From Mobula hypostoma (Eukaryota), in assembly GCF_963921235.1 (NCBI RefSeq), contig NC_086108.1, forward strand, positions 34,102,001-34,166,000: a stretch of DNA of 64,000 bases, read 5' to 3'. The notes beneath the pieces are model-generated. The model saw only the letters and a program-made list of their open reading frames with translations. It ran no database searches and was not told the DNA's origin. How positions within the stretch are numbered: position 1 is the stretch's first letter; every line of letters starts with the position of its first letter. Below, in pieces: positions 39,865 to 51,640 of the stretch. The translations under genes and the position numbers were made by a program.

Positions 39865-42412
39865 ACAGGATCGCATGATGACGGTGGTGAGGAGGTAGAG
39901 GAGAAGAGGAAGGTCAAGTGGCCAGCAATGACAGATGAGAAGGCTTGGCGTGTATTTGATGAGGATATCAGTATGATGTTGGAGAACACTCTCAGGAGAA
40001 CATCAAAGAGAAAGTTGGAAGTGATGGGCGATATGATTTACGATGTTGGAAAGTACAGGTTTGGTTTGGTTGAGTTGAAGAAAGCAAAGCCTACACAGCA
40101 ACCAAGCAGGCGCCAGAAGGAAGGTTGAGGAGAGAGCTTAGATCGTTGTGGCAGAGGTGGAAGGTAGCAAGTGAGGGTGACAAGCCAGGGTTTGCTGATC
40201 TCCAAGAGCATTTTCGAATAAAGTTGGCATCACTCCGTTGTGCAGAGTCACGATGTAAAAAGAGAAGGAAGAGAGAGAAGGCAAGAAAGTTGTTCTGTGA
40301 GAACCCTCACGAGTTCACAAAGAAACTGTTTGAACAAAGTAAGAGCGGGCAGCTTAACATCTCTCAACAAGAACTTGAGGATCACCTGGCAAGCACTTAC
40401 TCTAACGAACAGTGGGAGGCTCCTTTGCTTGATATTTCAGGGCTTGTGAAGCCTACCGAGCCAGGAGTGAAGTTCAATCTGTCAGAACCCGAATTGACAG
40501 AAGTCAAACAGTTCATCAGAAAGGCAAGGTCAGGCTCAGTGCCAGGACCTAATGCAGTGCAGTATAAGGTGTTCAAGAAGTGTGAAGAGCTGAGGAAATA
40601 CTTGTGGAGATTGTTAAAGGTGGTGTGGACACAAGGTGTTGTTTCTTTGTCATGGAGTGAGGCTGAAGGAGTATACATCCCGAAGGAAGAGAATTCTACT
40701 ACATTGAATCAGTTCCGACCAATTTCACTCCTGAATGTGGAGGGGAAGATTATGTTTGGCATTCTGACAGAAAGAATATCTTCATTTGTGATAGAGAATG
40801 GATTGGTAAATACATCTGTGCAGAAGGCAGGAGTACCAGGCTTCCCAGGATGCCTTGAACATTCTAGTATAATATGGCATACCATCCAGGAGTCGAAAAG
40901 GTTGAGAAGAAATCTGGCTGTAGTTTGGCTTGATCTGGCAAATGCGTATGGTTCTGTTCCTCATGTCCTGATTGAGTTTGCGATGGAATTCCTATGGATT
41001 CCTGCTAAGGTGAAGAAATTTGTTATGCAGTACTACAATGACTTCCAGATGAAGTCATCAAGAACACCCAGCCGGATGTGCAGTCAGGCAGGAAGTGGTC
41101 AGCCCGTGTAGTAGTTGATGAGGCAGAGTCTAGATTGAAGCACAAGGAGACGATTGAGGTTATCCAGCTAGGCTGCCAGGGACTTGGATGGACAACCCAC
41201 AAGTGGTGGTCATCTTCTACAGGTAAGGAGCGCCGTGAGCTTTTAACACAAGAAATACGAGAGGTAGAAGAGGAGGAGGTTAGCTAAAACAGCTGGCCTG
41301 GCCAAACAAGGGGCTTGGACCTGGTGGGAAAGTGTTGAACAATGACATCTATCTTGGAATGTTCTGTGGCAGATGGAACCGCTCCGCATCTCTTTTCTAT
41401 GCAGAGCAGCGTACAATCTGCTCCCAACACCTGCCAACCTCAGCACCTGGTATGAAGATAAGACAGACAGGTGTGCTGCGTGGGGCGAGAAGGGAACACT
41501 TCAACATATTTTGAGTGCATGCAGAGTCAATCTTTCCAGCGGCATGTACACTTGGAGACATAACAACGTTCTCAAAGTTGTAACAGAAGCGGTTGAGCAG
41601 AGAGTACTGCAGCACAACTTATCTCATGCCCCATGTAGCACAGAACATCACGTATTATTTGTGAAAGAAGGCTCCAAGTCAAGGGTGTACAGCACAGGCT
41701 CACGATCAAGCATACTTTCTTCAGCCAATGATTGGTGTGTCAAGGCTGACCTGGACGGGAAGGCAGTTTCCCGGAGCAAATAGCTTTCACAACATTGCGT
41801 CCAGATATAATCGTATGGTCTGACACCAGTAGAGAAGTGATTATTGGTGAACTCACAGTCCCCTGGAAAGATAACGTCGGTGAAGCCCATGAGCGCAAGT
41901 TAACCAAATATGCAGAATTAAGACCAGAGTGCAGAGACAGAGGGTGGAAGGTCTGATGCTAACCATTCGAAGTAGGCTACCGTGGGTTTATTGCATTCAC
42001 TTTCCAGAAGTGGCTGCGTGACCTTGGCTTCACTAGAAGAGAGATCAAGTCAACCAGCAGGGCTGTAGCTGAGGCAGCAGAGAAAGGATCAGCATGGGTG
42101 TGGACCAAGTATGTCCAGAGGGGCAGTTAGTCAGACAGTGTATACATCTTTTGCAAACCCTTCAGTAGTTGCATAGACACCTGAAGAGCAGACTATCTGT
42201 TGGATGGAAGTGACCAACAACTCTGATAGAGGCAGATGCCAAGTTTTTAAGCTCACCAGTGGGAGGTGGTGCTTTAGCACTGCTGGCCCACCACCTCGAA
42301 GGAGTCTTGATCATAAGCAGGCTGAAACTCCTGAAGACAGGTGGCAGATCAACTGATGATCCCACTGGTGATAGCACAGGACAGTTAACATCTTAGTCCA
42401 CGTGTATTTTAA
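39865..42412 (+). mobile_element. Hero-clade (restriction-like endonuclease) non-LTR retrotransposon, 5'-truncated with an internal RT deletion
   Basis: ORFs 39820-40128 and 40125-41111 (PGPNA, FRPISLLNVEGK, QKAGVPGFPGCLEH, WLDLANAYGSVPH), 41078-41287 (SGRKW, GLGW), 41373-41783 (degenerate CCHC knuckle, YTWRHNNVL). These are followed by LRPDII..ELTVPW..AHERKLTKY..EVG.RGF (RLE) at ~41790-42130. Confidence 0.85.
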
Positions 42413-43370
42413 CTCTGTTTCACATTTAGTCATTTTATGCATTTGTTCATTTTTTTGTTTGAAACTTCACTCTGTGTGGTTTCGCTCTTTAGTTGTGTTT
42501 TTTGTCTGACTTGCACATTCTCTCCATGTGACCTTGTCTGTGACACATTCTGCAAACTTTTTCTTTGAACCAACAGTCATCTGCATCATGGGAGGATTTG
42601 CCACATCAATAACATTTTTGGCTCTTTGGACTATTCAGGAATTTTATACATTTCATGTTGTAAACTCCTTTCTTGTAGCTCTACTCCATCCTTTGCTGCG
42701 GTCTCTAATGATATTGCAATGGTAAATGCCTGTTCTAAGGTTAATTCTCTTTCTGACAGTAACCCCTTTTGAATATTTTGATTATGCATGCCACATATAA
42801 GCCTGTCCCTTAATGCATCAGAAAGTCCATCTCTAAAATCATAGTGCTGGGAAGGTTTGCACAGTTCTGCAATGTATTCAGAAATACTTTCATCCTTTGA
42901 CTGGTTCTTTTTGTAAAATCTAAATCTTTCAGCTATTATCAGTGATTTAAGACTTAAGTAATTTTGTAAGACTGTAACAATTTTGTCAAATATCTTGCTT
43001 CCTAGCTTTTCAGGAGTTACTAAGTTGAGTGAAAGCTTGGACGTTTTAGCATCCATTAAGCTAAGAAGTGTGGAGGTCTTCCTTTCCTCATTCACATTGT
43101 TCAAGTTACAATACAGATCAAACCTCTCGATATACAATTCCCAGTCTTCATTAGCACCATCAAAATCAACTTTCCTGACTAAGGCCATCACCACGTTACT
43201 TTTACTTTAATTTTGCTAGTTGTACATCATTATGCAGTTACTCATGCGTTGCTTTGCTAGCATCCATGCCATGTCTGTACTGTTTAACTCTTTCCTCTCG
43301 CTGTCTCTCTCCCGTCTGTCATCCCGTAACTGTTGGTGCCGTTGGTGATATTCGCTGACACTCAGGTTTG

Positions 43371-43382
43371 TACTCATCGCCA
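43371..43382 (-). other. Primer binding site (tRNA-Ser GCU-like)
   Basis: Minus strand reads TGGCGATGAGTA, 3 nt after the LTR end; it matches TGGCGACGAG with one CpG-type transition. Confidence 0.7.
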
Positions 43383-43385
43383 ATT

Positions 43386-43590
43386 TGTTGTGTCTGTACA
43401 ACTGCATATCAATTTAAATAAAAGCACACACGCAGAATGGCTTTAACTGGTGTGTCCACATAGCAGTGAGAGAGAGAGAGAGAACAGTGTGCATGTGTGG
43501 ACAACAGAACACTGTGCATGCATAATTATCAGTCCATAATCAGTGCTAAGGGGAGATATTGTTCTAAAAGAAATAGATCCATATATTACA
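43386..43590 (-). repeat. Gypsy 5' LTR (~205 bp)
   Basis: TGT...ACA termini, adjacent PBS, and homology to the split LTR at 26340-35531. Confidence 0.88.
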
Positions 43591-46119
43591 AAGATAATAT
43601 CTTGATTCCTCCTACCAAAGTGCATGACTTCACATTCCCCCACATCATTCCATTTTCCAGGTTTTTGCCCTATCATCCACTACCCATTTTATTTTGCAGA
43701 GTAGAACATTCTCGTCACAATTTGCCTTTCCACTGATTTTTGTGTCATCAGCAAACTTGGATACCTTACATTCTGCCATCTCTAATTTGTTATCAATATA
43801 AATAAATGATAACACTTGATGCATGCTTCCTGCTTGAAATATACCCATTTACTAGTGATCTTCAGTCGATGCTAACACACCTCCCTTAGTACTGTGAGAG
43901 TGAATCTTACAGACAAGTTTTTTATCCAATGGTTCAATAGGTACATTTAATGTCAGAGAAATGTATACAATATACATCCTGAAATTCTTTTTCTTCGCAA
44001 ACATCCATAAAAACAGAGGAATGCCCCAAAGAGTGAATGACAGTTAAATGTTAGAACCCCAAAGCCTCCCCCAGTTCCCCCCTCCCATGCACAAGCAGCA
44101 GCAAAGTAATGACCCCCCCAGCAAAAAAAGCATCGGCCCCCTCCACTGAGCACTCAAGTGTGCAGCAAAACATCAATAAAAACACAGACTTGCAGTACCC
44201 CAATGACTACTCGTTCACCCAGTAATTCGACATACCACATGCTCACTCTCTCTCTCCCTAATAAGGGGAAAAGAGGTATCCCGGAACCCTTTCAAAGGCT
44301 AGGAGAAGAAAAATCTTCCTCACATCCATCCTGTCGACTCCTTTAGGAATTTTGTACATTTCCTATTTTTGACTGAAGTAGCTGAAACACTGCATATGAG
44401 AATTATTGGAGAATTATGTTTATTTGATCAATCAAAAATCAGTTCAACAGTTCTGAATAAAGCAAACAGATTGAATGGCAGAAGCTTTGATTAATTACAT
44501 TTCTAAAATTCAGTGGCTCTTCACATAGTAAACATAAGGCAATCATTTGATCTATAAGCCTGCAGGCTATAAACAGGCTTGACATTTATACTATTTATTG
44601 AGGAATAAAATAAATATACTTAGTCACAGTGAAATGTCACTGTCCCTTTCCAAGAGAACCAAGCTCATTTGTTGATATGTAAAAATAGGGAGTGGAGGAC
44701 GTGTGCCAAGTAATGCAAAGAAATTGTTGGACTCCCGTTGCTGGAAACTCAAAGTCAGATTTTATTTAAATTTTTCATCAGGATACAGTATGGAGTAGTG
44801 AATGTTTTAAAACTAAATCTACTTATAGCTTAGGAGGACAGGAAATAAAAAATTGATAATGTGATCCGGTAAAATCCTGCTTTTCAGGATACACAATAGT
44901 ATTATTAATGCAATAATCTATAAGAACTGAAAATACTTGGGATACAAGGTTCCTGAAAACAGAGTAGATTGTGCAATCAGTAGTTTACTTGTGCCAATAG
45001 ACAAATAGTAACAAGGTAAGATCTTTCAGATTTGCTCTAAATTATTGGTTCATTCTTATGTTCTATCCTTCACCGGATGAACTCTGGATAACCACGCTGG
45101 GATTACAGATTGATGGGAACTCCTCTAACCCCTGTGGATTACAGATCAGTGAGAACTCACGCAGCAAGATAATCTCACAATTTTTCTCCAGTTAGCCTAA
45201 ACAGGATGTTAGAGCAAAGACCATTTCAGAAATAAAAAAAACTGGAGACTATGATAAAGTTCTCCCTGTTTAGTTTTCAAATCCACTCATTATATAAAGT
45301 GAGGGGGTTTGTTGAAATTCTAAATTTTCTAATGTGACTTAACTTTATAAAATAGTTAAGTGCAATAACGTGCAGACTTCCAACATCCTGTACTTGTGAA
45401 TTAGTCATCACTGGTTAGCATCATAAATTATAGAGTAATGTCAAAAGCCCTTTGCAATTTTTAACAAGGACTTACTGCCTGGTTTACATTATTGAATATC
45501 AAGGATGCCTGAAAGAATACGTCTTTCTTCATCAGTTCTGAGGAATAGACACACTGGCCTCAAAACTGAATTGTGCAACACATTTGCTGAACTTTTAGAC
45601 TCCCTGTTCCTTTTCCCAGGCATACTGCAGAAACATTAAGATCAGAATTAAAGTTTCTCATTTTCCCAAAAAGGCCCTTATTTGTCCCTCTCAATCCTGA
45701 TCTCTACAGTTTCTTGTAAGGCATTATAACACTGATTGCTCAATTTAGGATTTAATGCCAGCATTAGCAAATTAGAAAACAGGCATGTCTAATCCTATTT
45801 TTCAGCACAGTCTACCAACAGGAGGATAAGTTGAAAGAGCAGCACAAAGTCTTTTACACTTGCACCATTTAAAATAATCCACAAGTATGTTCAAAGTTAT
45901 TAAGGAAAGAATGGGAGATAAAATCATTGTGCTCCACAGGTCTGAGAAACTACTCTGCAAATTGCCTTATATTTTGGAAGAATGGAAGTGGTTTTAATGG
46001 GCATCTAGAATATCAGGGCATAGCAAGGGAAGGCCCAAGGCAAAGCTTCCTTCCCAGAGGAAGACGAGGAAGATGAAAGGTCAGGGAGCCTCTCCCCCAA
46101 GACCTTTCTAGAGCAAAAG

Positions 46120-46280
46120 GGTGGCTTAATGGTCTCACAGCTCCAATGACCCAAGTTCAAATCCGATCTCGGTGCTGTATGAAGTTTGCCTGTGGACGTG
46201 TGTGTTTCTTCAATGTGCTTGCATTTTCTCCCGCATGCCCATGATGTGTGGGTGTGTAATGTTAATTAGCCACTGAAGGT
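46120..46280 (+). mobile_element. V-SINE-like fragment
   Basis: GGTGGCTTAATGG..CACAGCTCC..GTTCAAATCC head followed by a degenerate V core. Confidence 0.5.
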
Positions 46281-48035
46281 GCAATAGGACAAAATTGCCT
46301 CATACAGTTTGCCATAAGGAAACATAAAACATGGGTTGGATCCTCAAGGAGATGGAATTCTCCTCAGAAAAATGGCAGCTGGCCGTCTGGGCTTGTGGAT
46401 GTGTACACACTGGGAGATTGTCAATGGCTCAGAGAATGATGAAGCACATTAAATTACATTCACAGCTCTATATGGAAACCCCAACCTGTTAGGGATCAGA
46501 AAGGGTTATCCCATCCCGAGGTCTGGACAACTGCAGTACCAGGTACAGGTGAAGACACGTGTCTTTATTTGTGACAAAATGGATTTCTTGAAGGCTCCTG
46601 CCATGGCCTTCTTCTCTCCACCCATGCCAGTTGCTTCTTCCTCTCCACTGCTCTACTGACTTCTCTTTGAGTCTGATGGGGCAGCACTATCTTTGTCAAG
46701 CCTTCCTCTTCTCAAGATGGTAATAGTGCCCTAAGCCTACCAGGCTTATACCCAGCTCAAATACTGCACAAGTAAATTGAAATAATTTGTTCCAGGGAGA
46801 AGGAAAAGCTGTTCTTAAAAAATTATTTACTTCAAATAATTATCATTGTCATATGCACAAGTGCACTGAAAAATTACTTACAGCAGCAGTGGAGACATAT
46901 AGCAATAGAGGCACAACAAAAAATTGTATACAACTTATAGAAATATAAGAAATATAAATTATATAAATAACATAAATTAAACACAACGTATTCACATATT
47001 GTACAATAAAGGACAATAACAGAACAAAAACAAAGAAAATAAACAAAGTTTATAATAGTACAAGGTTGTTAAAGTGGTCATGGTGGTATACTGAGGTAAT
47101 GTTTAGGATGGTGCAGGTTGGTTGAAGAACCAAATGGTTAAAGCTATATTTAATAATGTAATTTTGTTTTTCATGTATAGACACACCTTTTAGGCTTTTA
47201 AATGTTAAACAACATTTTTTCCTCACTATGATTCTGTTTGTTAGCATAAACCGAGTGTTAGGTGAACATTTGTGAATGGCAGCAACATTCACAGCTGCTG
47301 CCCCAAATATGGCTGTCAATGCTTCAGCTCCATCTTCAGCACAGCGTCCCTGCTCCAGACAGCAGTGAGGATGAGGATTTCATGCAGCTTCCTTCGCCAG
47401 TTATATTCAGGTTATAATTGATACCTGTACCTGCCTAGAAGCCTGAGAAGAATATATTCATCATATCTGCCAGGAAAGCACTGGACCCTTCTTCCTCCAG
47501 CTCTTCACTGTGCAATTGTTCACAACCAGCTGTGGCAGAACTGCAGGGTTTTGCTCTTCTCCATTGCTTTGAGTTGGTGTAGCTCTGTCTCCCGCAAGGT
47601 CTGACACCACAGAAGAAGGGCAATGGTAATAATCAGAAGGATCTTTTCTGACCTGATGAAAATTCATGAGGTGTGGAATCAATGTTCAGAAATCCCTTGG
47701 CTGCACATTTTTGCTTGCGGACTACTGTAACACCACCTCTGGTGCACAGCCCTATCTGGGTACTTGGCTTGCCTGGAAGTTGCAATGGAAGTCACAGAAA
47801 AATCACAGCTGCTTCTTAACTGCCCACCCCCAGATTTGAATAAGATTTGGATTTCAAAGCCCCCTTTTCAAGGCTGGGTAATCTTACCCCCCAAAAAATG
47901 TTAGCACTTTCAGGGAAGGAGTAGAGATTGTTTGAACACAGTTAAAATTCACCTCCATCAATGAATGATTTTTTTTAACTGACATGTTAGTTAAAACAAT
48001 AACCATTTCAAGTTACAATTTAATATGAAACATAA

Positions 48036-48041
48036 TTTATT
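48036..48041 (-). promoter_or_regulatory. Candidate polyadenylation signal of the RGS4-like gene
   Basis: Minus-strand AATAAA in an AU-rich stretch ~1.35 kb past the stop; alternatives at 48356-48361 and 48513-48518. Confidence 0.35.
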
Positions 48042-48764
48042 TAAGTATTCATAACAAAAGGAAATTCCACACACACCATAAGTTAATCAATAATAATAGA
48101 ATAAATACTCTTTTGACTATGGCCTAACTTTCTGTTTCGCTGTTCTGTTGATTACCAGATATTCACCCCAATGCAGCCTGCCAGGGTAACTCAAACACAG
48201 AATGCAACAATACTGAATGTAATGCATATAAAAATAATTACACTTTCTTGTTATTCTTGGTGTACAATAAATTATTCTCTGATACCATCAAATTGAATAA
48301 TTGACTGCTATAGACACAGATATATTCTTCACAGATGTACAAAACAATTCAGGTTTTTATTTCCATAAACCATTCTCCTCCCCCATCAGGGATTTTACCT
48401 TGTTTAATAGAGCATGATGCAGAAAGTTCAGGCTTCAGGAATGAGTACTGTTGTCACTTGGTTGCTTTCAAACTAGCACAAGAGTGACTTCTGTACCGAT
48501 CACATCATGTCATTTATTTTTTTGTCAGAAAGGATCAGCCATATGTTGTCAAAATGTAAGGCATGCAATCCATCTATTGTAATATTGAATATATCTTGGA
48601 GCCAATGGCATTTTACAGTACTTTGATCATGCACTTGAAGGTGTTCTTGAAATTGTTTCATGAAAAACTACAGACCACATGCTGAGCCCACCCACAAAAA
48701 TTGACAAGATAGAAAGCTCCATAGATTCCAACCGGCAAATGTGAATGAATACTGATTTGTCTAG

Positions 48765-48945
48765 TAGGCATTTCACAGCTCCAGTAACCTGGCGTCCATC
48801 CTGAACTCTGGCATTATCTGCATGGAGTTTGCATATTCTCCATGCAACCAGTTGGATCTCTCTTGGATGCTCTGCTTTCGTCTTACAACCAAAAGACGTG
48901 CAGATTGATAGGTTAATTGGTCACTATAAATTTTGCTGAGAGTTT
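48765..48945 (+). mobile_element. V-SINE-like element, antisense within the probable RGS4 3' UTR
   Basis: CACAGCTCCAG..CTGCATGGAGTTTGCATATTCTCC..AAAGACGTGCAG..TAGGTTAATTGG. Confidence 0.6.
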
Positions 48946-49393
48946 TTGGTGAATAGTTGGAAAATCAAGCAGAGAATTGAGAGGGAGTAACTAACAGGGA
49001 GTGAAATGGATGAGTGGGACATGAGGATGCTCTGAAATGAGAAGAGCTGAATGATCTCAGGTGTAATGAGGAAATACAACATACGAGAAAGATGAGGAAT
49101 ACCAACGTCAATGAGAACAGTCTTTGACTAATTACAGTCCAGGTAACAATGAAAGGCACAGCACAGCTTTTCAACACAAGTATAATACAACTACATTAGA
49201 AAAATGAAATTTTGCTCGAATTGTACAAAAAAAGTGACCTTCATTCTGAGGGGTTAAAGTGCAGCTTTTGATCAAATTTAATTACGATAACTTTCACCAA
49301 CAACAGTAACTTTGTAGGCTTTAGATTAAGTTATCCAAGGAATATTTCAACACCATCATCACATAAATAGCAACTCTGGTATTTCCAGGCACA

Positions 49394-49630
49394 CTAAGAA
49401 CGTAAGCGCTGGGGATCAGAGCAGAAGGGGGTTTGTTCTCTGCATTTGGGATGGGTTCTGGCCTGAGCCTGGCTCAGTAAATCCAAGTAGATCTTTGACT
49501 TAAGAAATCTGGGATAAGAGTCCTTCGCCATCAAGGCATAGATCTTGTTTTGTGCTTCATCAAAGCAAGAGGATGTTGGCTCCAGAATATTTTTCTTTGT
49601 CTTTTCTCTGATCTCAGATTCCAAATTCAC
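49394..49630 (-). CDS. RGS4: RGS4-like exon 5 (237 nt including stop)
   Basis: cttctag|GTG AAT TTG GAA...TAG; encodes [29 protein letters not shown]. Confidence 0.95.
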   Translation of the reverse strand: MNLESEIREKTKKNILEPTSSCFDEAQNKIYALMAKDSYPRFLKSKIYLDLLSQAQARTHPKCREQTPFCSDPQRLRS

Positions 49631-50772
49631 CTAGAAGTTCAAGGAGAAAGATTTAGTTGATGCAAAATTATGTGCTCTACCTTGTTATATGGAGTGAGAA
49701 AATATTTTCAATGGGATATTCTGATATTATAATTCAAAAAAAACATTTGAGCATTATAAAAGTAATTGGTGTAGTATTTTTAAAAAGATAGTGAAAAATT
49801 AAAAGAACATTATATGTTGTGAAATATGGCTCATTATTCATCTTTAATTATGATTTATCCAGCATGATTTTAATTATAATTATAAGGGTCAACATTCTAT
49901 GGAATTAATAAGTGCCTGTGTGATACATGTGGCATTATATCACCTCCAGTACCAGGAATTAGGATCAAAGGCACCTTAATGTCTATAGTGTTCATCTGTT
50001 CATCCGCTGCTTTTTATCTGTAATCCTGTATGTAATTGGTTTGCTTCACTCCAACCCAGTTGCCTCCAGGCATAAATATGTGCAGCAATTTACACTAAAG
50101 TGGCATCTTCCATAAAAAGAACACATAAATATGCTTGGATACTTGGAATGGAAAGTGAGAACAACTGAAATGAGAAAACTGAATTGAATCTGAATATTGT
50201 CCGGATATTTGAGACAGATTCAAGCTACATGAGATGCACAATTAGAAGAATTAGAAGAAAGAATATTTTCCATCCACTTGGAATTTACAGTGTTAACATT
50301 CCTCAACAACGAAAGTAAAGGAAAAATTACAAATTTTTCCTCTTGTATTCGAATCGTCACAATTTATGACAGAGCTAGCACACCCTGATAGTGCTAGTGT
50401 TAGAATAATATTTTTCAATGAAATATTAAACTGAGGGGAGATCTAATATAAATTACCCTTTAGTGTGGGTAAGTTATAAAAGAATTTAAGGGGAGTTGAT
50501 GAGACTGTAAGGGAGAGTATGTTGTGGCAGTATAGCGGAATTAAAGAGGGAAACGGGACCAATGGGATACCTCCCCTGGAGCTAATATGACTCAAGTTGC
50601 CTCCTTCTGTGTTGTAACGTCCCGTAAGCATAGAAGGATATTCACTCTATCGAGTCCATGCCAGTCCATTCAACATCTACCCCCTGTGTTTCCTTTGATT
50701 TAAAAGCCCGTCACCACTGAAATTAAAATTTCTCCATCACTGAATTACTTTTTGTTTTGTTTGCAGACTTAC

Positions 50773-50939
50773 TTCACTGGGAGCATCAACTGCAACGTAT
50801 TCATCAAAAATCTTCTTTGCCTTTAAGGCCAGTTTTGTAGCTGACTTGTTCCTTCGGTATGCCTCGCACTCCAACCAGAACTTGATATTCTCCTCGCTGA
50901 ATTCGGATTGCAGGAATTCAGAAAATATGACCAGGCCAC
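50773..50939 (-). CDS. RGS4: RGS4-like exon 4 (167 nt)
   Basis: tttgcccacag|GT GGC CTG GTC...CCC AGT GAA|gtaagt; encodes FLQSEFSEENIKFWLECE. Confidence 0.95.
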
Positions 50940-51439
50940 CTGTGGGCAAAGAGAATGGCATGACTTGCGTACTAACAGAAACTACCAGGCAACACAGCAG
51001 CAGCTAGCAGAAATTACTAACAAGGATATAATCAGACCGAAGCTTCATGTTTTGCCTCAATTTCTTACTTCCTTTATTTTCTGTGGAGTTATTGTCAAAG
51101 GATTAACTCCTTAGTTTTTCTGTGCACGTCAATCATTACCACACATTAGAGAACAAAGGATGCCAGGCCAACCTCTAAAAACAGCAAGCGTTAAAGAGCC
51201 CTACGGTCAAAGGTCAGAGAAATAAGTCCTTCAGCTCTCTGAGTCTATGCCAACCTCAAGTGACTTTTTACATCAATCTATCACTAATCTTGTTTTATTC
51301 TCCATGCATCCAATGGTTGGAAAGGCTATGGAGCGCTATAGTCTAGGTGAGGGTCAATGGGACTAGACAGGATAATAGTTCAGCACAGACTAGATGGGCT
51401 GAAGGTCCTGTTTTTGTGCTGTAGTGCTCTATGACTCTA

Positions 51440-51640
51440 TCTTATTAACTGCCCCAGATTCCAATACTTACTTAGGGACAATCTACAACAGGCAAATTCC
51501 TGTCGCTGGCTTTGGGATGTGGGTGGAAACGGAAGCCTCTGTAGGGAAGTCAGAGGGAGAAGGTGCAAATGGCACACAGACAGGTCTCGAGGACCATACT
51601 GAACCGAGTTTGCCAGCATTGTGGGGCAGCAGCTGCATTG
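51440..51640 (-). mobile_element. V-SINE-like element
   Basis: Reverse-orientation V core (TTTGGGATGTGGGTGGAAACGGAAGC..GGGAGAAGGTGCAAA..CACACAGACAG). Confidence 0.55.

Larger units (their letters stand above)
26340..43590 (-). mobile_element. Decayed full-length Ty3/Gypsy (Mag-type) LTR retrotransposon with nested insertions
   Basis: 5' LTR 43386-43590; PBS 43371-43382; gag 42631-43194 with two CCHC knuckles (~42505-42615); protease ~39360-39790; RT ~38600-39360; RNase H ~37470-37815; integrase 36783-37163 (SDNG..FMKQNGIKH..NGLAERF). pol ends RHYPQRNRAPPKRLNL* (~35655-35710). PPT 35532-35545; split 3' LTR; TSD GAGAT/AAGAT. Confidence 0.9.
24780..43930 (-). mobile_element. Old CR1 3' fragment acting as host, in three pieces (~24780-25075, 25931-26339, 43591-~43930)
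   Basis: Removing the inserts rejoins CR1-like sequence: CACTGTTGAGAT|AATATCTTGATTCCTCCTACCAAAGTGCATGAC (compare CR1 at 8930-8990). ORF 43645-43848 carries SKFADDTKI. Confidence 0.7.

Noticed and set aside
42631..43194. 187-aa gag ORF as a domesticated Gag-derived gene
   Set aside because: It is embedded in a decayed provirus, with a frameshift and stop before and within the zinc knuckles.
43935..44280. Probable dispersed repeat after the nested stack
   Set aside because: It looks like a reversed retroposon 3' end, but I cannot assign a family or boundaries from this window alone.
47435..47682. Short ORFs downstream of RGS4 as an extra gene or exon
   Set aside because: No recognisable domain or consistent splice structure; lengths are within chance expectation.
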